Source: an uncultured Clostridia bacterium (GTDB taxonomy: Bacteria > Bacillota > Clostridia > TANB77 > CAG-508). Taken from it: 64,000 nt of DNA. Below the pieces are notes generated by a model, which had not been told where the DNA came from, did no database searches, and saw nothing but the letters and a program-made list of their open reading frames with translations. Numbering within the stretch: the stretch's first letter is position 1; the number at the start of each line of letters is the position of its first letter. Location of the stretch: positions 2,144-66,143 of the forward strand of contig CANQUT010000003.1 in the NCBI GenBank assembly GCA_947627105.1, given 5' to 3'. Of this stretch, positions 50,688 through 60,893 are shown piece by piece. Position numbers and translations under genes: made by a program.

Positions 50688-50727
50688 ATTTAAAAATAGT
50701 TTTTTTATAATAATTTTAGAGCATCTT

Positions 50728-52038
50728 TTAATTTAGCAGTTTTCCTATTAAATCATAATCTTTTACATCTATAATTTTACATGAAGTAAATTTGCCTATT
50801 TCTAGACTTTTAGTATTTTCAATATATATAACCCCATCAATTTCAGGTGTGTCCATATAACTTCTTGCAACATAGTATTTTTTATTTTTAGTTATTCCTT
50901 CAATTAATACTTCAAAAGTTTTTCCAATATTTTTTTCTAAGTTTTCATGAGATATTTGTTGTTGCAAGCTCATAATTTTATTGTATCTACTTCTTTTAGT
51001 AGAAGGATGTATTTGTTCTTTCATATTATATGCAGGTGTTCCCTCTTCTTTAGAATAAGAAAATGCACCTAATTTATCAAATTTTGCCTCTTTCAAAAAG
51101 CTATATAACTCATTAAAATCTTCCTTTGTTTCTCCTGGAAAGCCAACCATTACAGTAGTTCTTAAAATAACATCTGGAATTTCTTTTCTTAATTTGCAAA
51201 TTAGCTTTTTAATGCTTTCTCCATTACTTTGCCTATTCATTCTTTTTAAAACATTGTTTGAAATATGTTGAATTGGAATATCAAAATAATGGCATATTTT
51301 TGGATTTTCCTTTACAACTTCTATTAAATCATTTGTAATAGTTTCTGGGTATGCGTATAAAAATCTAATCCATTTTATTTTTTCTATTTTGCAAAGTTCT
51401 AAAAGTAAATCTGCAAGCATTGGCTTTTTATAAATATCTATTCCATATTTAGTAGTATCTTGAGCTGTTAAAATTATTTCTTTATAGCCTTCTTCTGCAA
51501 GCTTGTTTGCCTCTTGTATAATACTTTCCATTTTTCTACTTTTTATTGGGCCACGTATGTATGGAATTGCACAATATGTACATCTATTGCTACAACCATC
51601 TGCTATTTTTATATAGGCATAATTATTTCCTGTTGTAATTACACGATTTGTGTATTCATCAAAAGACTCTTCTTTTTGTTTAGATGATGATAAAATTAAA
51701 TTTTCAATTTGCTCCCATAATGTATTATAACTGCTATATTTAATGTATAAATCTACTTCTGGAATTTCTTTTTCTAGCTCATTTTTATATCTTTCTACTA
51801 AACAGCCCATTGCAATTAAATATTTGCAATTTTGCTTTTTGTATTCTGCCATTTCCAAAATTGTATTAATAGCCTCTTCTTTGGCTTTTTCTATAAATCC
51901 ACATGTGTTAATTACAATAATTTCTGCCTGTTTTGGATCATTTACAATTTCATAATTATGCTCTTTAAATAAAGCTATTGTTTTTTCTGTATCTACTAAA
52001 TTTTTATTACATCCTAGTGATATAAATCCTACTTTCAT
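50728..52038 (-). CDS. rimO: ribosomal protein S12 methylthiotransferase RimO (radical SAM MTTase)
   Basis: The N-terminus is ISLGCNKNLVDTE...NTCGFI. It has the radical-SAM motif CSNRCTYCAIP and a C-terminal TRAM domain. Confidence 0.85.
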   Translation of the reverse strand: MKVGFISLGCNKNLVDTEKTIALFKEHNYEIVNDPKQAEIIVINTCGFIEKAKEEAINTILEMAEYKKQNCKYLIAMGCLVERYKNELEKEIPEVDLYIKYSSYNTLWEQIENLILSSSKQKEESFDEYTNRVITTGNNYAYIKIADGCSNRCTYCAIPYIRGPIKSRKMESIIQEANKLAEEGYKEIILTAQDTTKYGIDIYKKPMLADLLLELCKIEKIKWIRFLYAYPETITNDLIEVVKENPKICHYFDIPIQHISNNVLKRMNRQSNGESIKKLICKLRKEIPDVILRTTVMVGFPGETKEDFNELYSFLKEAKFDKLGAFSYSKEEGTPAYNMKEQIHPSTKRSRYNKIMSLQQQISHENLEKNIGKTFEVLIEGITKNKKYYVARSYMDTPEIDGVIYIENTKSLEIGKFTSCKIIDVKDYDLIGKLLN

Positions 52039-52073
52039 TATTTCTACCTGCCTATTTTTAACTTTTTTAGTTC

Positions 52074-53327
52074 TTACCTGCCTATTACTTCTTTTAATAA
52101 TTTTAATCCATCTAATAATTTATTATATGTTTTTTTATCTACAATACTTGTATTTCCACCTGCGTATTCTTTAGCTACACCTTTCATATCTATTAATTCA
52201 TAACGATTTTTGGCTTTTTCGCCATTATCTAATACATAAATTGGAGTATAGTCAACCTTGCTAAGTACAATTTTTCCATCTTCTCCCCTTTTTCTAAGTT
52301 CTATATTAAGCACTAGTTCTACTTTTGAAGCTTCATAATTAATAGAAGAAATGTAATTTCCTAAAGAGTATGCTATAAATACATCACCATTATCAGTTTC
52401 TCTTACTTCCATTGGCTGAATTACTGCTGGGTGATTTCCTAATATTACATTTGCCCCATTTTCAATTAAAAAATTAGCTACCTTTTCTTGTTCTTTACTT
52501 TGAACAGTTGCGTAATCATCACCCCAATGCATAATTACAAAAATGTAATCTGCATTTTCTTTAGCATATTCTAAGTCTTCTTTAGCAATTTTTTCATTAA
52601 ATATATTTAAACTTTCTAAATCTTTTTTACTTTTAGAAGATGAGTCTTCTACCCCATATGTATATGATAAAAATGCAATTTTTGCGTCCTTAATTTTTTG
52701 AATATTAACTGTTTCTTTTTCTAGCCTATCTCCTACTGTTGAAAAACCTATTTCTTGTAAATATTTTTTGGTTTCTTTTAGTCCATTTATTCCATAATCT
52801 AAACTGTGATTTGTACTAATACTTACTAGATTAATACCAGATTTTTTAACAGCCATACCAAATTCCTTTGGACTATTTCTATTGCCATAACCAGAATATG
52901 GATTAGCTGTAAAATTAGTTTCCATTGTGCCTAAAACAATATCACTATTTTTTATATAGCTTGTAATATTTTGGAACATATAATCAAAAGTATAAGTATT
53001 ATCTTTTTGCTTAGCATCTTCTAGCATTTCGCTTCCACATAAAATATCTCCTACTGCTGAAATACGTATAACTCTATCTGGCTTATTACTATTACTATTT
53101 ATTATAGTTTTCTCGGTTTCGCTAAAAATTTCTTCTATTTGCTTATCTAATTCTTCTTTCTGCTTAGCAAGCATTTCTATATCTTGCTGATTGCGATAAC
53201 GAATTATACTTGTGCAAGCTATAATAATAAGTACCAAAACTATTACTAAAATTATAAAAGTTTTAAAACTAATATAATCTGTTATTTTTTTACTACCGCT
53301 TCTTTTATTTCTTCTATTTCTTGCCAT
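52074..53327 (-). CDS. CapA-family (PGA-synthesis-like metallophosphatase fold) membrane-anchored protein
   Basis: The start is taken at ATG 53327 (MARNRRNK) after an AGGTGA RBS. It has a TM anchor, a coiled-coil and then CapA motifs (AVGDILCG, HWGDDY, GNHPAV). Confidence 0.78.
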   Translation of the reverse strand: MARNRRNKRSGSKKITDYISFKTFIILVIVLVLIIIACTSIIRYRNQQDIEMLAKQKEELDKQIEEIFSETEKTIINSNSNKPDRVIRISAVGDILCGSEMLEDAKQKDNTYTFDYMFQNITSYIKNSDIVLGTMETNFTANPYSGYGNRNSPKEFGMAVKKSGINLVSISTNHSLDYGINGLKETKKYLQEIGFSTVGDRLEKETVNIQKIKDAKIAFLSYTYGVEDSSSKSKKDLESLNIFNEKIAKEDLEYAKENADYIFVIMHWGDDYATVQSKEQEKVANFLIENGANVILGNHPAVIQPMEVRETDNGDVFIAYSLGNYISSINYEASKVELVLNIELRKRGEDGKIVLSKVDYTPIYVLDNGEKAKNRYELIDMKGVAKEYAGGNTSIVDKKTYNKLLDGLKLLKEVIGR

Positions 53328-53429
53328 TTGTATCACCTATTAATAATTTATCATATTTTTTTTAATAAGTAAACAAGTGGGTTTATTTTTGCAAAAAATT
53401 GTTGTAAATTAGTGGCTTTATACTTAATT

Positions 53430-53451
53430 GCTTAAATAGTACTATTTAAGC
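53430..53451. repeat. nested palindromic repeat, short (uninterrupted) form, copy 3
   Basis: Perfect 22-bp palindrome gcttaaatagtactatttaagc. Its flanks (ttatacttaatt / tttaatataattataaatattaa) match the flanks of copies 1 and 2. Confidence 0.8.
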
Positions 53452-53549
53452 TTTAATATAATTATAAATATTAATTAGTAACAAAAAAGTTGTTGTAAAA
53501 ACTAATTCTTAATTTAAACTAGGTACTCAATTACGTTTAGAGTAATTTT

Positions 53550-53587
53550 GTGATAAAATAATCTGGAGTGATAAATTAGTGATAATT
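53550..53587 (+). repeat. three direct GTGATAA(A/T) repeats upstream of the recombinase gene
   Basis: gtgataaaa (53550), gtgataaat (53568) and gtgataatt (53579). Confidence 0.65.
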
Positions 53588-53639
53588 TTCGCTGTAAATT
53601 GTTTCCATTTTTATGTACTAATTAAGGGGGTATTTTTTT

Positions 53640-54779
53640 ATGGCAAATAAAACCAATTTTTCTGTAAATGGAAAGAAATATTATAGAATTACTAAAACAA
53701 TTGGAAGGAGATCTGATGGCACTCCTATAAGAAAATCGTTCTATGGCTATGGAATTAAAGAAGCTAAGCAAAAAGCTGATAAGTATATGAACAATTTAAA
53801 AGCTGGTTTAATAATAAATAATGGCAAAATTTTGACAATTAATATTTTATTACCTAAATGGTTGTTTCAAGTAAAAAAAATCGAACTGAAGTCATCCTCG
53901 CTTCAATCTTACGAAAGTATATATAGGAACTATGTTAAGAATAATTTAATCTCTGATTTACCCATAAATGAAATTAAAAGTTTAAAGGTTCAAGAATACT
54001 ATAATGAGCTTGTTAAAAAAGGTGTTACTATTAGTAATATTAAAAAAATACATAAACTTCTAAGACAGTTTTTTCGCTATGCTGATAGAGAAGGCTATGT
54101 TATAAAAAATCCTTGTGCAAATATTACTTTGCCTAAAGCAAAAAAGGAAAATGCCCAGGTTATTATTCAAAATAAAAAAGCAAATTTTTCATATTTTAAT
54201 GAAGAAGAAATTAAGGTTTTAAAGCAAGCATTTAAAAACAATAGATATGAAAGCGTAGTATTATTTGCCCTTGGTACTGGTATGAGGCAAGGAGAAATAT
54301 TAGGTCTTCAATGGGATGACATAGACTTTGAAAATAGAGAAATTCACGTTTTGCATAACCTTAATACTTCTGCAGATATTTCAGAAAATGGTGAAAGATT
54401 TTACCAAACTTTATTGCAAGAGCCTAAAACAGAAAATTCAATAAGAATAATACCTATGGCAAATTCTATATATAATTTATTGAAAAGACTCCCCCACATT
54501 TCTAATTTTGTGTTTTGCAGAAAAGATGGCAGGTATATTGATGCTAAACATTTACAAAGAGTTTGGAGAAGAATTTTGAAAAGTAAAAATATTACATATA
54601 GGAAATTTCATGACCTAAGGCATACTTTTGCAACAATGCTTTTGACCCATGGCGCGGACTTAATAACTGTTAAAGAATTATTAGGCCATAGTAGTATAAA
54701 AATTACTGAAATTTACCTTGATGCTTTGCCTAAAACTAAGACAGAAATTATACATAAAATAGATTTTTTACTAAAATAA
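53640..54779 (+). CDS. tyrosine site-specific recombinase (phage-integrase family) with N-terminal arm-type DNA-binding domain
   Basis: 379 aa. The catalytic residues are R (GTGMRQGEILGLQW), HxxR (HDLRHTFAT), H (LLGHSS) and Y (TEIYLD). The N-terminus NFSVNGKKYYRITKTIGRRSDGTPIRKSFYGYG resembles Tn916/phage Int arm-binding domains. Confidence 0.9.
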   Translation: MANKTNFSVNGKKYYRITKTIGRRSDGTPIRKSFYGYGIKEAKQKADKYMNNLKAGLIINNGKILTINILLPKWLFQVKKIELKSSSLQSYESIYRNYVKNNLISDLPINEIKSLKVQEYYNELVKKGVTISNIKKIHKLLRQFFRYADREGYVIKNPCANITLPKAKKENAQVIIQNKKANFSYFNEEEIKVLKQAFKNNRYESVVLFALGTGMRQGEILGLQWDDIDFENREIHVLHNLNTSADISENGERFYQTLLQEPKTENSIRIIPMANSIYNLLKRLPHISNFVFCRKDGRYIDAKHLQRVWRRILKSKNITYRKFHDLRHTFATMLLTHGADLITVKELLGHSSIKITEIYLDALPKTKTEIIHKIDFLLK

Positions 54780-54782
54780 GAA

Positions 54783-54802
54783 GTGATAAATAAGTGATAA
54801 AT
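54783..54802 (+). repeat. two direct GTGATAAAT repeats downstream of the recombinase gene (11-bp phasing)
   Basis: gtgataaat at 54783 and at 54794. Confidence 0.65.
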
Positions 54803-54804
54803 TA

Positions 54805-54840
54805 AGAAACTTTTTAAATTTAGCATTTTAAAAAGTTTCT
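54805..54840 (+). terminator. recombinase gene terminator
   Basis: Stem agaaacttttta / taaaaagtttct followed by atttttg. Confidence 0.75.
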
Positions 54841-54844
54841 ATTT

Positions 54845-57778
54845 TTGTGTTTATTAATAGGGTTCTATGTGATTAATTTTAGTTTTGTTTTATGTTTACT
54901 GTTAGAACAAGAAGTTCTAGATGTTGCATTAAAAGTAAAAGAAAAGACATATAGTGCAACTAGCACACTTCAAGATGTAATAGCAAACAATGAAACGAGT
55001 GAAATTACTTTAAATGTTGTTTCAAAAAATTTAAAAGGAACACTTGACTTTACTTTAACAAGTGTACCTACAGGTACTGTACTTGCAAGTAAAGACGGAA
55101 TTACAGGAGCAGCAGTTACAAAGACTGGTGAATTAAAAGTAACTGTACCAGCAAAATTAGGAGATTATGCTTTTACATTAACAAATAATAATAAAGTAAA
55201 AACAGTTACTGTTCATGTAGTAGATGCAACAATGCCAACAAGCTTTACATTCAAAGAATATAGAGACGAAGATGTAAGCACAATATCAGATATAGATGTT
55301 AAAGCAAATACAACTAGTGTAAGAAAAGCATCTAGTCTTGCAAATAATACAGATGCTCCTACATTCCAAGGAAATGTAAACTTAATGAAAGAAACAACAG
55401 TAAAAGAAAAAGTAGGAAAATATTATAGAGTAAGAATAGAAGTAAAAGGAATTGACACTGCAGATGTAGTAGCAGTAAACCAAGAAACAAAAAGAGAATA
55501 TGAAACTACACCAGTAGGAAACAACACAAGTGAAGTATATGTATTATTAGATGCAAATGAAGCAGAAGTAAAATTAGTATTAAAGAATAAAAAAGCATCT
55601 AATAAACAAGTAGATAATGCTACAACACATCATACAATAAAATTTGAAAGTACATCAAAAGTATGGTTAAGAAGTGTTGCAGAATGTGCAGATGAATCAT
55701 TTAAAAACATATCAGACTCTATTACTAAAATAAAAATAGATGAATCTGATAATCATACAATAGATGTTGGTGTTAAACTTGATGAATTAGATGCAGTAAA
55801 ATTAAATACAGAAGCAAATGGAATAATAAAAGCTGGAAAAGACGAAAATGGAGATAAATGGATTGGATTTGCTGTAAAATTAGCGAAAGATGATGAAACA
55901 GAAAAATCTGGAGTAATAGGTGCAGTATATTCAGATAAAGACTATGTAAAAGTTGATAATAAATGGATAGCTTCTTCTGGAGAAATAGTGCTATGGGTAA
56001 AAGCAGAAAAAGCAGAAGAACCAATAAACTTTACATTAGTATATAACAAATCAAATGAGCCAAAAGAAGAATTACCAGTAACAGTAGTTTTACATGATTC
56101 AAGTGCTCCAATTATAAAATCAGCAACAGCTGGTAGCGATGTAAACAAAAAAGGAATAAAAGTAAACGCTGTAACGACTTATACTCAAGATACTAGTCAT
56201 GCTGGAAGCAATGGACAAGGAGCAAATAAGATTGTTTCTGGTTATAACATTCCAGTAGACACATATAAATATGGTATGGACAAAGTAACAATGGAAAAGA
56301 CTGAAGGAAGATGGTATAGTGTAGTGCTAAAAACTAATGTACCAGTTTCATCATTAGTATTCAATAACGGAACTGATAGTAATCCAAAATGGACAGAGTT
56401 TCCAAAAGAAGCAATTATTTCAGAAAATGAAGTAGCAATATGGATTAATGCAGATTTAAAAGAAACAAGCGGAAAGAGCACAAAATCAGTTCAACAAACT
56501 ATAGCTAACAAATATGCAATAGAAGAAGATGATAAAACAGGAGAATATCAAGCTGATAAAGCGACAGCAGAATGGACAGTAGGTGTAACTGTTACTGAAA
56601 CAGAAAAATCAAAAACAGAAACATATATAGCTGGTCAAGAAATATTTACAGACTCAGTTCAAAAAAATAAAGAACTTGCAGAATTGAATTTAAATAAAAA
56701 TGTTACTGTTATTGAAAAAATATATGATAATCAAGCAACATTAAAACACAATTTAAATCCTGTAACTCCTATAGCAATAAGTTACGATAGCACACATAGA
56801 GTAAATACATTAACAATTAATTCAAGTGACTATAAAACAATAGAGGTTAATGAAACGGAAGGATTATGGACAGTTGTAAATTTTGCAGTTAGAGATAGTT
56901 CAAGTTTGGTTGATGGATTAAATATGCCAGACACAATTTTCGTAGACAAGGTAAATGATGGACAATTACTAACAACAAACACAGTAAAAAATGAAAATAC
57001 AAAAGGTGAGACTTGGGATGTAGTTCCTATGTGGATTAATTTAAGTAGTCCAAAACTTGTTGATTATATTTCAACTAATAAAGCAACTAAAAATGCTGTA
57101 TTAGAAATACCTTTAATATCAACAAATCCAGCAGAAGAGAATAGCTTGTTTATAAAAATAATAGACGAAAACGTAAACGAACCATTAAAAACAGTTGAGG
57201 AACCAAGTGTAGAAACTCCAGAATCATTTAAGAATGAAGATGGAGGAGTAGATAAAGGTAAAGTAAAAGACTACTTAGGATGGGAAAGTACGAATCTTCT
57301 AGATAACGATGTTGTAGATGCTTTCATGAACAACCTTGAAATTGCAAATAATGCCGAAAAGACAATTGACCATATAGTAGATAATACTGTATATATGACA
57401 GTAAAAGCTGACTTTGGATCTTTAAAAGCAATGGAAAGCAATAGGTATAGATTACCACTTGAATTCGATATCTCATCAATTGGATTGGACAATAGAGATG
57501 AACTTGCAATTTATGCAGCATGGTACGAAAAAGAAGGAGAGGCAAATGATTCTTTGACAGAACTTGGTTCACTTGTTGGAACGACTGAGTATGAACTAAT
57601 GAAATTTAACTTTAGTAAAGAGACTATAGGTAACTTCGAAAAAGGTCAATCACGTACCTGTGAATTATTCTTTATAAATGGAGAGGTCAAAGGTAAAACT
57701 AATAGAGCAGAACTTTTAAAAGAAATAGCTGACAAACAATTTATACGTTATGTAGTTACATTTGAACAAGTACAGTAA
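54845..57778 (+). CDS. surface-protein cassette A (about 950 codons, beta-rich), apparently promoterless and 5'-truncated; paralogue of cassette B
   Basis: The long open frame has no ATG, RBS or signal peptide. The frame opens 19 codons upstream of site A, directly after the recombinase terminator. It is homologous to cassette B throughout (for example VVDATMPT/VVDVTMPT, GKYYRVRIEVKG/GKFYRARIKVTG and the C-terminal IRYVVTFEQ). Confidence 0.6.
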   Translation: MCLLIGFYVINFSFVLCLLLEQEVLDVALKVKEKTYSATSTLQDVIANNETSEITLNVVSKNLKGTLDFTLTSVPTGTVLASKDGITGAAVTKTGELKVTVPAKLGDYAFTLTNNNKVKTVTVHVVDATMPTSFTFKEYRDEDVSTISDIDVKANTTSVRKASSLANNTDAPTFQGNVNLMKETTVKEKVGKYYRVRIEVKGIDTADVVAVNQETKREYETTPVGNNTSEVYVLLDANEAEVKLVLKNKKASNKQVDNATTHHTIKFESTSKVWLRSVAECADESFKNISDSITKIKIDESDNHTIDVGVKLDELDAVKLNTEANGIIKAGKDENGDKWIGFAVKLAKDDETEKSGVIGAVYSDKDYVKVDNKWIASSGEIVLWVKAEKAEEPINFTLVYNKSNEPKEELPVTVVLHDSSAPIIKSATAGSDVNKKGIKVNAVTTYTQDTSHAGSNGQGANKIVSGYNIPVDTYKYGMDKVTMEKTEGRWYSVVLKTNVPVSSLVFNNGTDSNPKWTEFPKEAIISENEVAIWINADLKETSGKSTKSVQQTIANKYAIEEDDKTGEYQADKATAEWTVGVTVTETEKSKTETYIAGQEIFTDSVQKNKELAELNLNKNVTVIEKIYDNQATLKHNLNPVTPIAISYDSTHRVNTLTINSSDYKTIEVNETEGLWTVVNFAVRDSSSLVDGLNMPDTIFVDKVNDGQLLTTNTVKNENTKGETWDVVPMWINLSSPKLVDYISTNKATKNAVLEIPLISTNPAEENSLFIKIIDENVNEPLKTVEEPSVETPESFKNEDGGVDKGKVKDYLGWESTNLLDNDVVDAFMNNLEIANNAEKTIDHIVDNTVYMTVKADFGSLKAMESNRYRLPLEFDISSIGLDNRDELAIYAAWYEKEGEANDSLTELGSLVGTTEYELMKFNFSKETIGNFEKGQSRTCELFFINGEVKGKTNRAELLKEIADKQFIRYVVTFEQVQ
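54902..54920 (+). repeat. putative recombination site A (tAGAaCAAGAAGTTCTAGA)
   Basis: It shares 17 of 19 nt with the reverse complement of site B, and the core CAAGAAGTTC with site C. It has dyad arms TAGAAC / GTTCTA around AAGAA. Confidence 0.6.
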
Positions 57779-57833
57779 AAGGACAAAATAAGTGGAAATA
57801 AGTAAAAAGACGGATTAAAAAGAAAACACACTT

Positions 57834-57868
57834 AAAAGAGCTTGAATTTTAAAAATTCAAGCTCTTTT
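57834..57868. terminator. bidirectional terminator shared by convergent cassettes A and B
   Basis: Perfect 16-bp stem aaaagagcttgaattt / aaattcaagctctttt, with A/T runs on both sides. Confidence 0.8.
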
Positions 57869-57894
57869 TTAGTTAATATACAAAGATATTTGTA

Positions 57895-60687
57895 CTAGTT
57901 TTGTTCAAATGTAACAACATATCTAATATATTTATGTGTGCTTAGACATTTATATAAAGATGTTTCATTATTTATTGTTTCGTCTGCACCTCCAGCATTT
58001 TTTGCTATGAAGAATAATTCAACTGTTACTTTGCCAGATTTAAGGTCGTCAATTTGACTTCCTGTTTTAAAGTTAATCTTTATTACACATGTTTTTTTGT
58101 CTTCTGCTTTTGTTACATTATCGTTTCCAACCGCGTTAGTTCCACTACCATTAGGTGTTATTCTAGCTATTATTAAGTCTGAGTCTTCCCCGAGTGAACT
58201 TACGTCAAATGTTAATGGTACTCTTGTTGTATTTCCATTATCTCCACTTGCTTGTAATTTTCTAAGGTCTGCCTTTACAGAAACATATACTGTATTGTCT
58301 ACTGTATCTGTTATTTGTATATCAGCATTTTCCATAACTTTCATATTTGCTAGAAGTGCTGCTGCTCTTCCATCTTTGTCTTCTTGATCTGTTGGAGTCC
58401 AGAAAAAGTCCTTATATACTTGTTCATTTTTTTCGTTAGTTTCCATATTGTCATATTTGCTAGTGTCAACTGCTATTGGATCACTTGCTTTTACTTCTTC
58501 TTTGTTAGGGTTACTATCTAGTACTTTTAAGAAGAAACTGTTTTCTTCTTCAACTGGATTAGATGATCCAAATTTAACTTCTAATGGTGTTACTGTTCCG
58601 TTTTCAGTATGTGTTGTTGCAGCTTTTACTGCATCACTTGATAAGTTAATCCATAAAGGAACTATCATATAACCATTATCATTATATTTATCTAGTAATT
58701 TTCCATTATCTTGTGCATCAACTATAATTGCTTTTTCATTATTATTTCTGTCTGTAACTGTATCAGTATTTCCTCTAACAGTAAAATGAACTAAAATCCA
58801 TTTTCCCCATTCTCCATTTACTGAAATTTCTCCTACATTTGCAGAATTTAATTTTACTACGGTTAATTTTTCTTCTCCATTTTCTTTTGTTCTATCAAAT
58901 TGAATTGGTACCTTTGAGTACTCTAAATTATGTTTTAGAGTTGATATAGAACCCTTTGCACTTGGATCTTCTTTTACTGTAACTCCTGTTAATCCTAAAT
59001 TGTCTAATCCTGTTGTATTTTTAACACATGAACTACCTACATAAGTGTTCGCTTTTAATTCTGTTTTTGATTTTGGAGTTTCAGCTATAGTAATATCTAC
59101 ACTTTCAGAGTTTGCACTTGATACTACATCACCAAGTGTTACTGCATATCTATTAGCTATTTTTATTCCTGCTGGTGTACTTGTTGAATCAACATTTTTC
59201 CAAATTACTAATTGATTTTCTCCTGCTTTCATTCTTTCTGGTATTTCAGCCCAATTTGTTCCATCTGAATATACTAATGAAGATACAGGTACATTTGTTT
59301 CTACTATTACACTATACCATCTTCCTTTTGTTGTTCCATGTCCTTCTGGAGCATTTACAACATCCATACCATATTTGTATGAATCTACTAATACCTTTTC
59401 TTCTACATTTGTACTAGTAGTTTTCTTAGTTTTTTCAGTAACTACTACACCTTTACTATTTACTTCACCAGCTGTTGCTTTTACTACTTCTGGTTTTGTA
59501 GCATCATGTAATACTACTGTTAATGGTAATTCTTCATAAGCTGCTCCTGATCTATATATTAAACTGAAGCTTTTTTCACCTGCTTGATCTGCTTTAACCC
59601 AAACTACTACTCTTCCAGAGCTTGCATAATCAACTTTATTTATTTTAATATCTTCACTATCTGAATATGTAGCATTAACTATTGCATTTTGATTACTTAG
59701 ATTAGAATTTAATGTAATTGCAACTGGAATCCATTTTTCATCTCCTGCTGTTGCTGTAACAGTACCATTAGCTTCTGTTAATTGTACACCAGGCAAATTA
59801 TTAAATCTTACACCTACATGTATAATATGTTCATCATTAATATCTTTTTCTACTTTAGCTATATTATTTAATACTAATTTTCCATCTACTGAAGATGCAG
59901 TTACATCTCTAACCCAAATCTTAGAAATAGAATTAAATTTAACTTCATTTACTAAACTTGCTGGTGCATTTTTTACTTGTTCATCTATTGCACTAACATT
60001 TTTTAATACAAGATTTGTTGTTGCTTCGTTTGCATTTAAGTAAATATATAATTCATTAGGTGCTCCTGCTATTGTTTCTGTTTTATATTCTTCTAATGTT
60101 GTTTTATTTACAGCTTTTACTTTAGAAACATCTAATCCTGTTACTTTAATTCTTGCTCTATAGAATTTACCTTTTACTCCATTTACTTCTACTTCTTCCA
60201 TTGCATTAACATTTCCTTTAAATGTAGGATCTGTAACATTTGCTATATTATCTACTAAAGAATCTACTTTTCTAGTATTTTCTCTAATTTTTGCGTCTTC
60301 TATTAAGTTAATGTCTTCTTGTTGAGATAATTTTACAAATTCCACTTTTGTAGGCATTGTTACATCTACTACTACAATGTTACCATTTACAGAACCTGTT
60401 GATGTTTTAATAGTAAATGGATATGTTCCTTCTTTTGCATTTTGTAAAGTTACTTGTGTTTGTTTAGTTGAACTACTATATTTAGATGTAATACCTTCAC
60501 CTGTTACTGTATCACCTGTTGCTAAACCTTTTAAGTTAAATGTTAATGTTTCTTTTGCATCAGTACCTAAAACAGCTTTAAGTGTTATTGTATTATTTTC
60601 TAATGCAGCAGCTTGAACTTTATTATTGTAACTATATGTTTGCTTTACTAAGCTATATTCTAGAACTTCTTGGTCTGATTGCAGCAA
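57895..60687 (-). CDS. surface-protein cassette B (about 925 codons), apparently promoterless and 5'-truncated; paralogue of cassette A
   Basis: The open frame begins 4 codons upstream of site B, after an in-frame TAG. There is no ATG, RBS or signal peptide. A hairpin (aaagctaat...attagcttt) lies just upstream. Confidence 0.6.
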   Translation of the reverse strand: MLQSDQEVLEYSLVKQTYSYNNKVQAAALENNTITLKAVLGTDAKETLTFNLKGLATGDTVTGEGITSKYSSSTKQTQVTLQNAKEGTYPFTIKTSTGSVNGNIVVVDVTMPTKVEFVKLSQQEDINLIEDAKIRENTRKVDSLVDNIANVTDPTFKGNVNAMEEVEVNGVKGKFYRARIKVTGLDVSKVKAVNKTTLEEYKTETIAGAPNELYIYLNANEATTNLVLKNVSAIDEQVKNAPASLVNEVKFNSISKIWVRDVTASSVDGKLVLNNIAKVEKDINDEHIIHVGVRFNNLPGVQLTEANGTVTATAGDEKWIPVAITLNSNLSNQNAIVNATYSDSEDIKINKVDYASSGRVVVWVKADQAGEKSFSLIYRSGAAYEELPLTVVLHDATKPEVVKATAGEVNSKGVVVTEKTKKTTSTNVEEKVLVDSYKYGMDVVNAPEGHGTTKGRWYSVIVETNVPVSSLVYSDGTNWAEIPERMKAGENQLVIWKNVDSTSTPAGIKIANRYAVTLGDVVSSANSESVDITIAETPKSKTELKANTYVGSSCVKNTTGLDNLGLTGVTVKEDPSAKGSISTLKHNLEYSKVPIQFDRTKENGEEKLTVVKLNSANVGEISVNGEWGKWILVHFTVRGNTDTVTDRNNNEKAIIVDAQDNGKLLDKYNDNGYMIVPLWINLSSDAVKAATTHTENGTVTPLEVKFGSSNPVEEENSFFLKVLDSNPNKEEVKASDPIAVDTSKYDNMETNEKNEQVYKDFFWTPTDQEDKDGRAAALLANMKVMENADIQITDTVDNTVYVSVKADLRKLQASGDNGNTTRVPLTFDVSSLGEDSDLIIARITPNGSGTNAVGNDNVTKAEDKKTCVIKINFKTGSQIDDLKSGKVTVELFFIAKNAGGADETINNETSLYKCLSTHKYIRYVVTFEQN
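60669..60687 (-). repeat. putative recombination site B (reverse complement = CAGACCAAGAAGTTCTAGA)
   Basis: It is inverted relative to sites A and C. It is identical to site C over 15 nt (CAGACCAAGAAGTTC). Confidence 0.6.
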
Positions 60688-60893
60688 AAGAAAAAGCTAA
60701 TTTTCGTTGATATATCAATAAATATTAGCTTTTATATTTAAATTATTTTTTAATATTTATAAAATTATTCTATAATCATGTAAAAAGCAATTAAATATAA
60801 TTATTACTTGAAAATAAAAAATAGCTTAAAATTGATTTTGAAAAGAATTAACTATATTTTAAAAGATATTATTATAACATAAAAATATTTAAT

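Noticed and set aside
54845-54901. TTG start giving a hydrophobic 'signal-like' N-terminus (MCLLIGFYVINFSFVLCLLL) for cassette A; likewise the TTG at 60687 for cassette B
   Set aside because: Neither has an RBS. Each lies immediately after a terminator or an in-frame stop. The frames of A, B and C all open arbitrarily just upstream of the shared site, which fits silent cassettes better than real starts.
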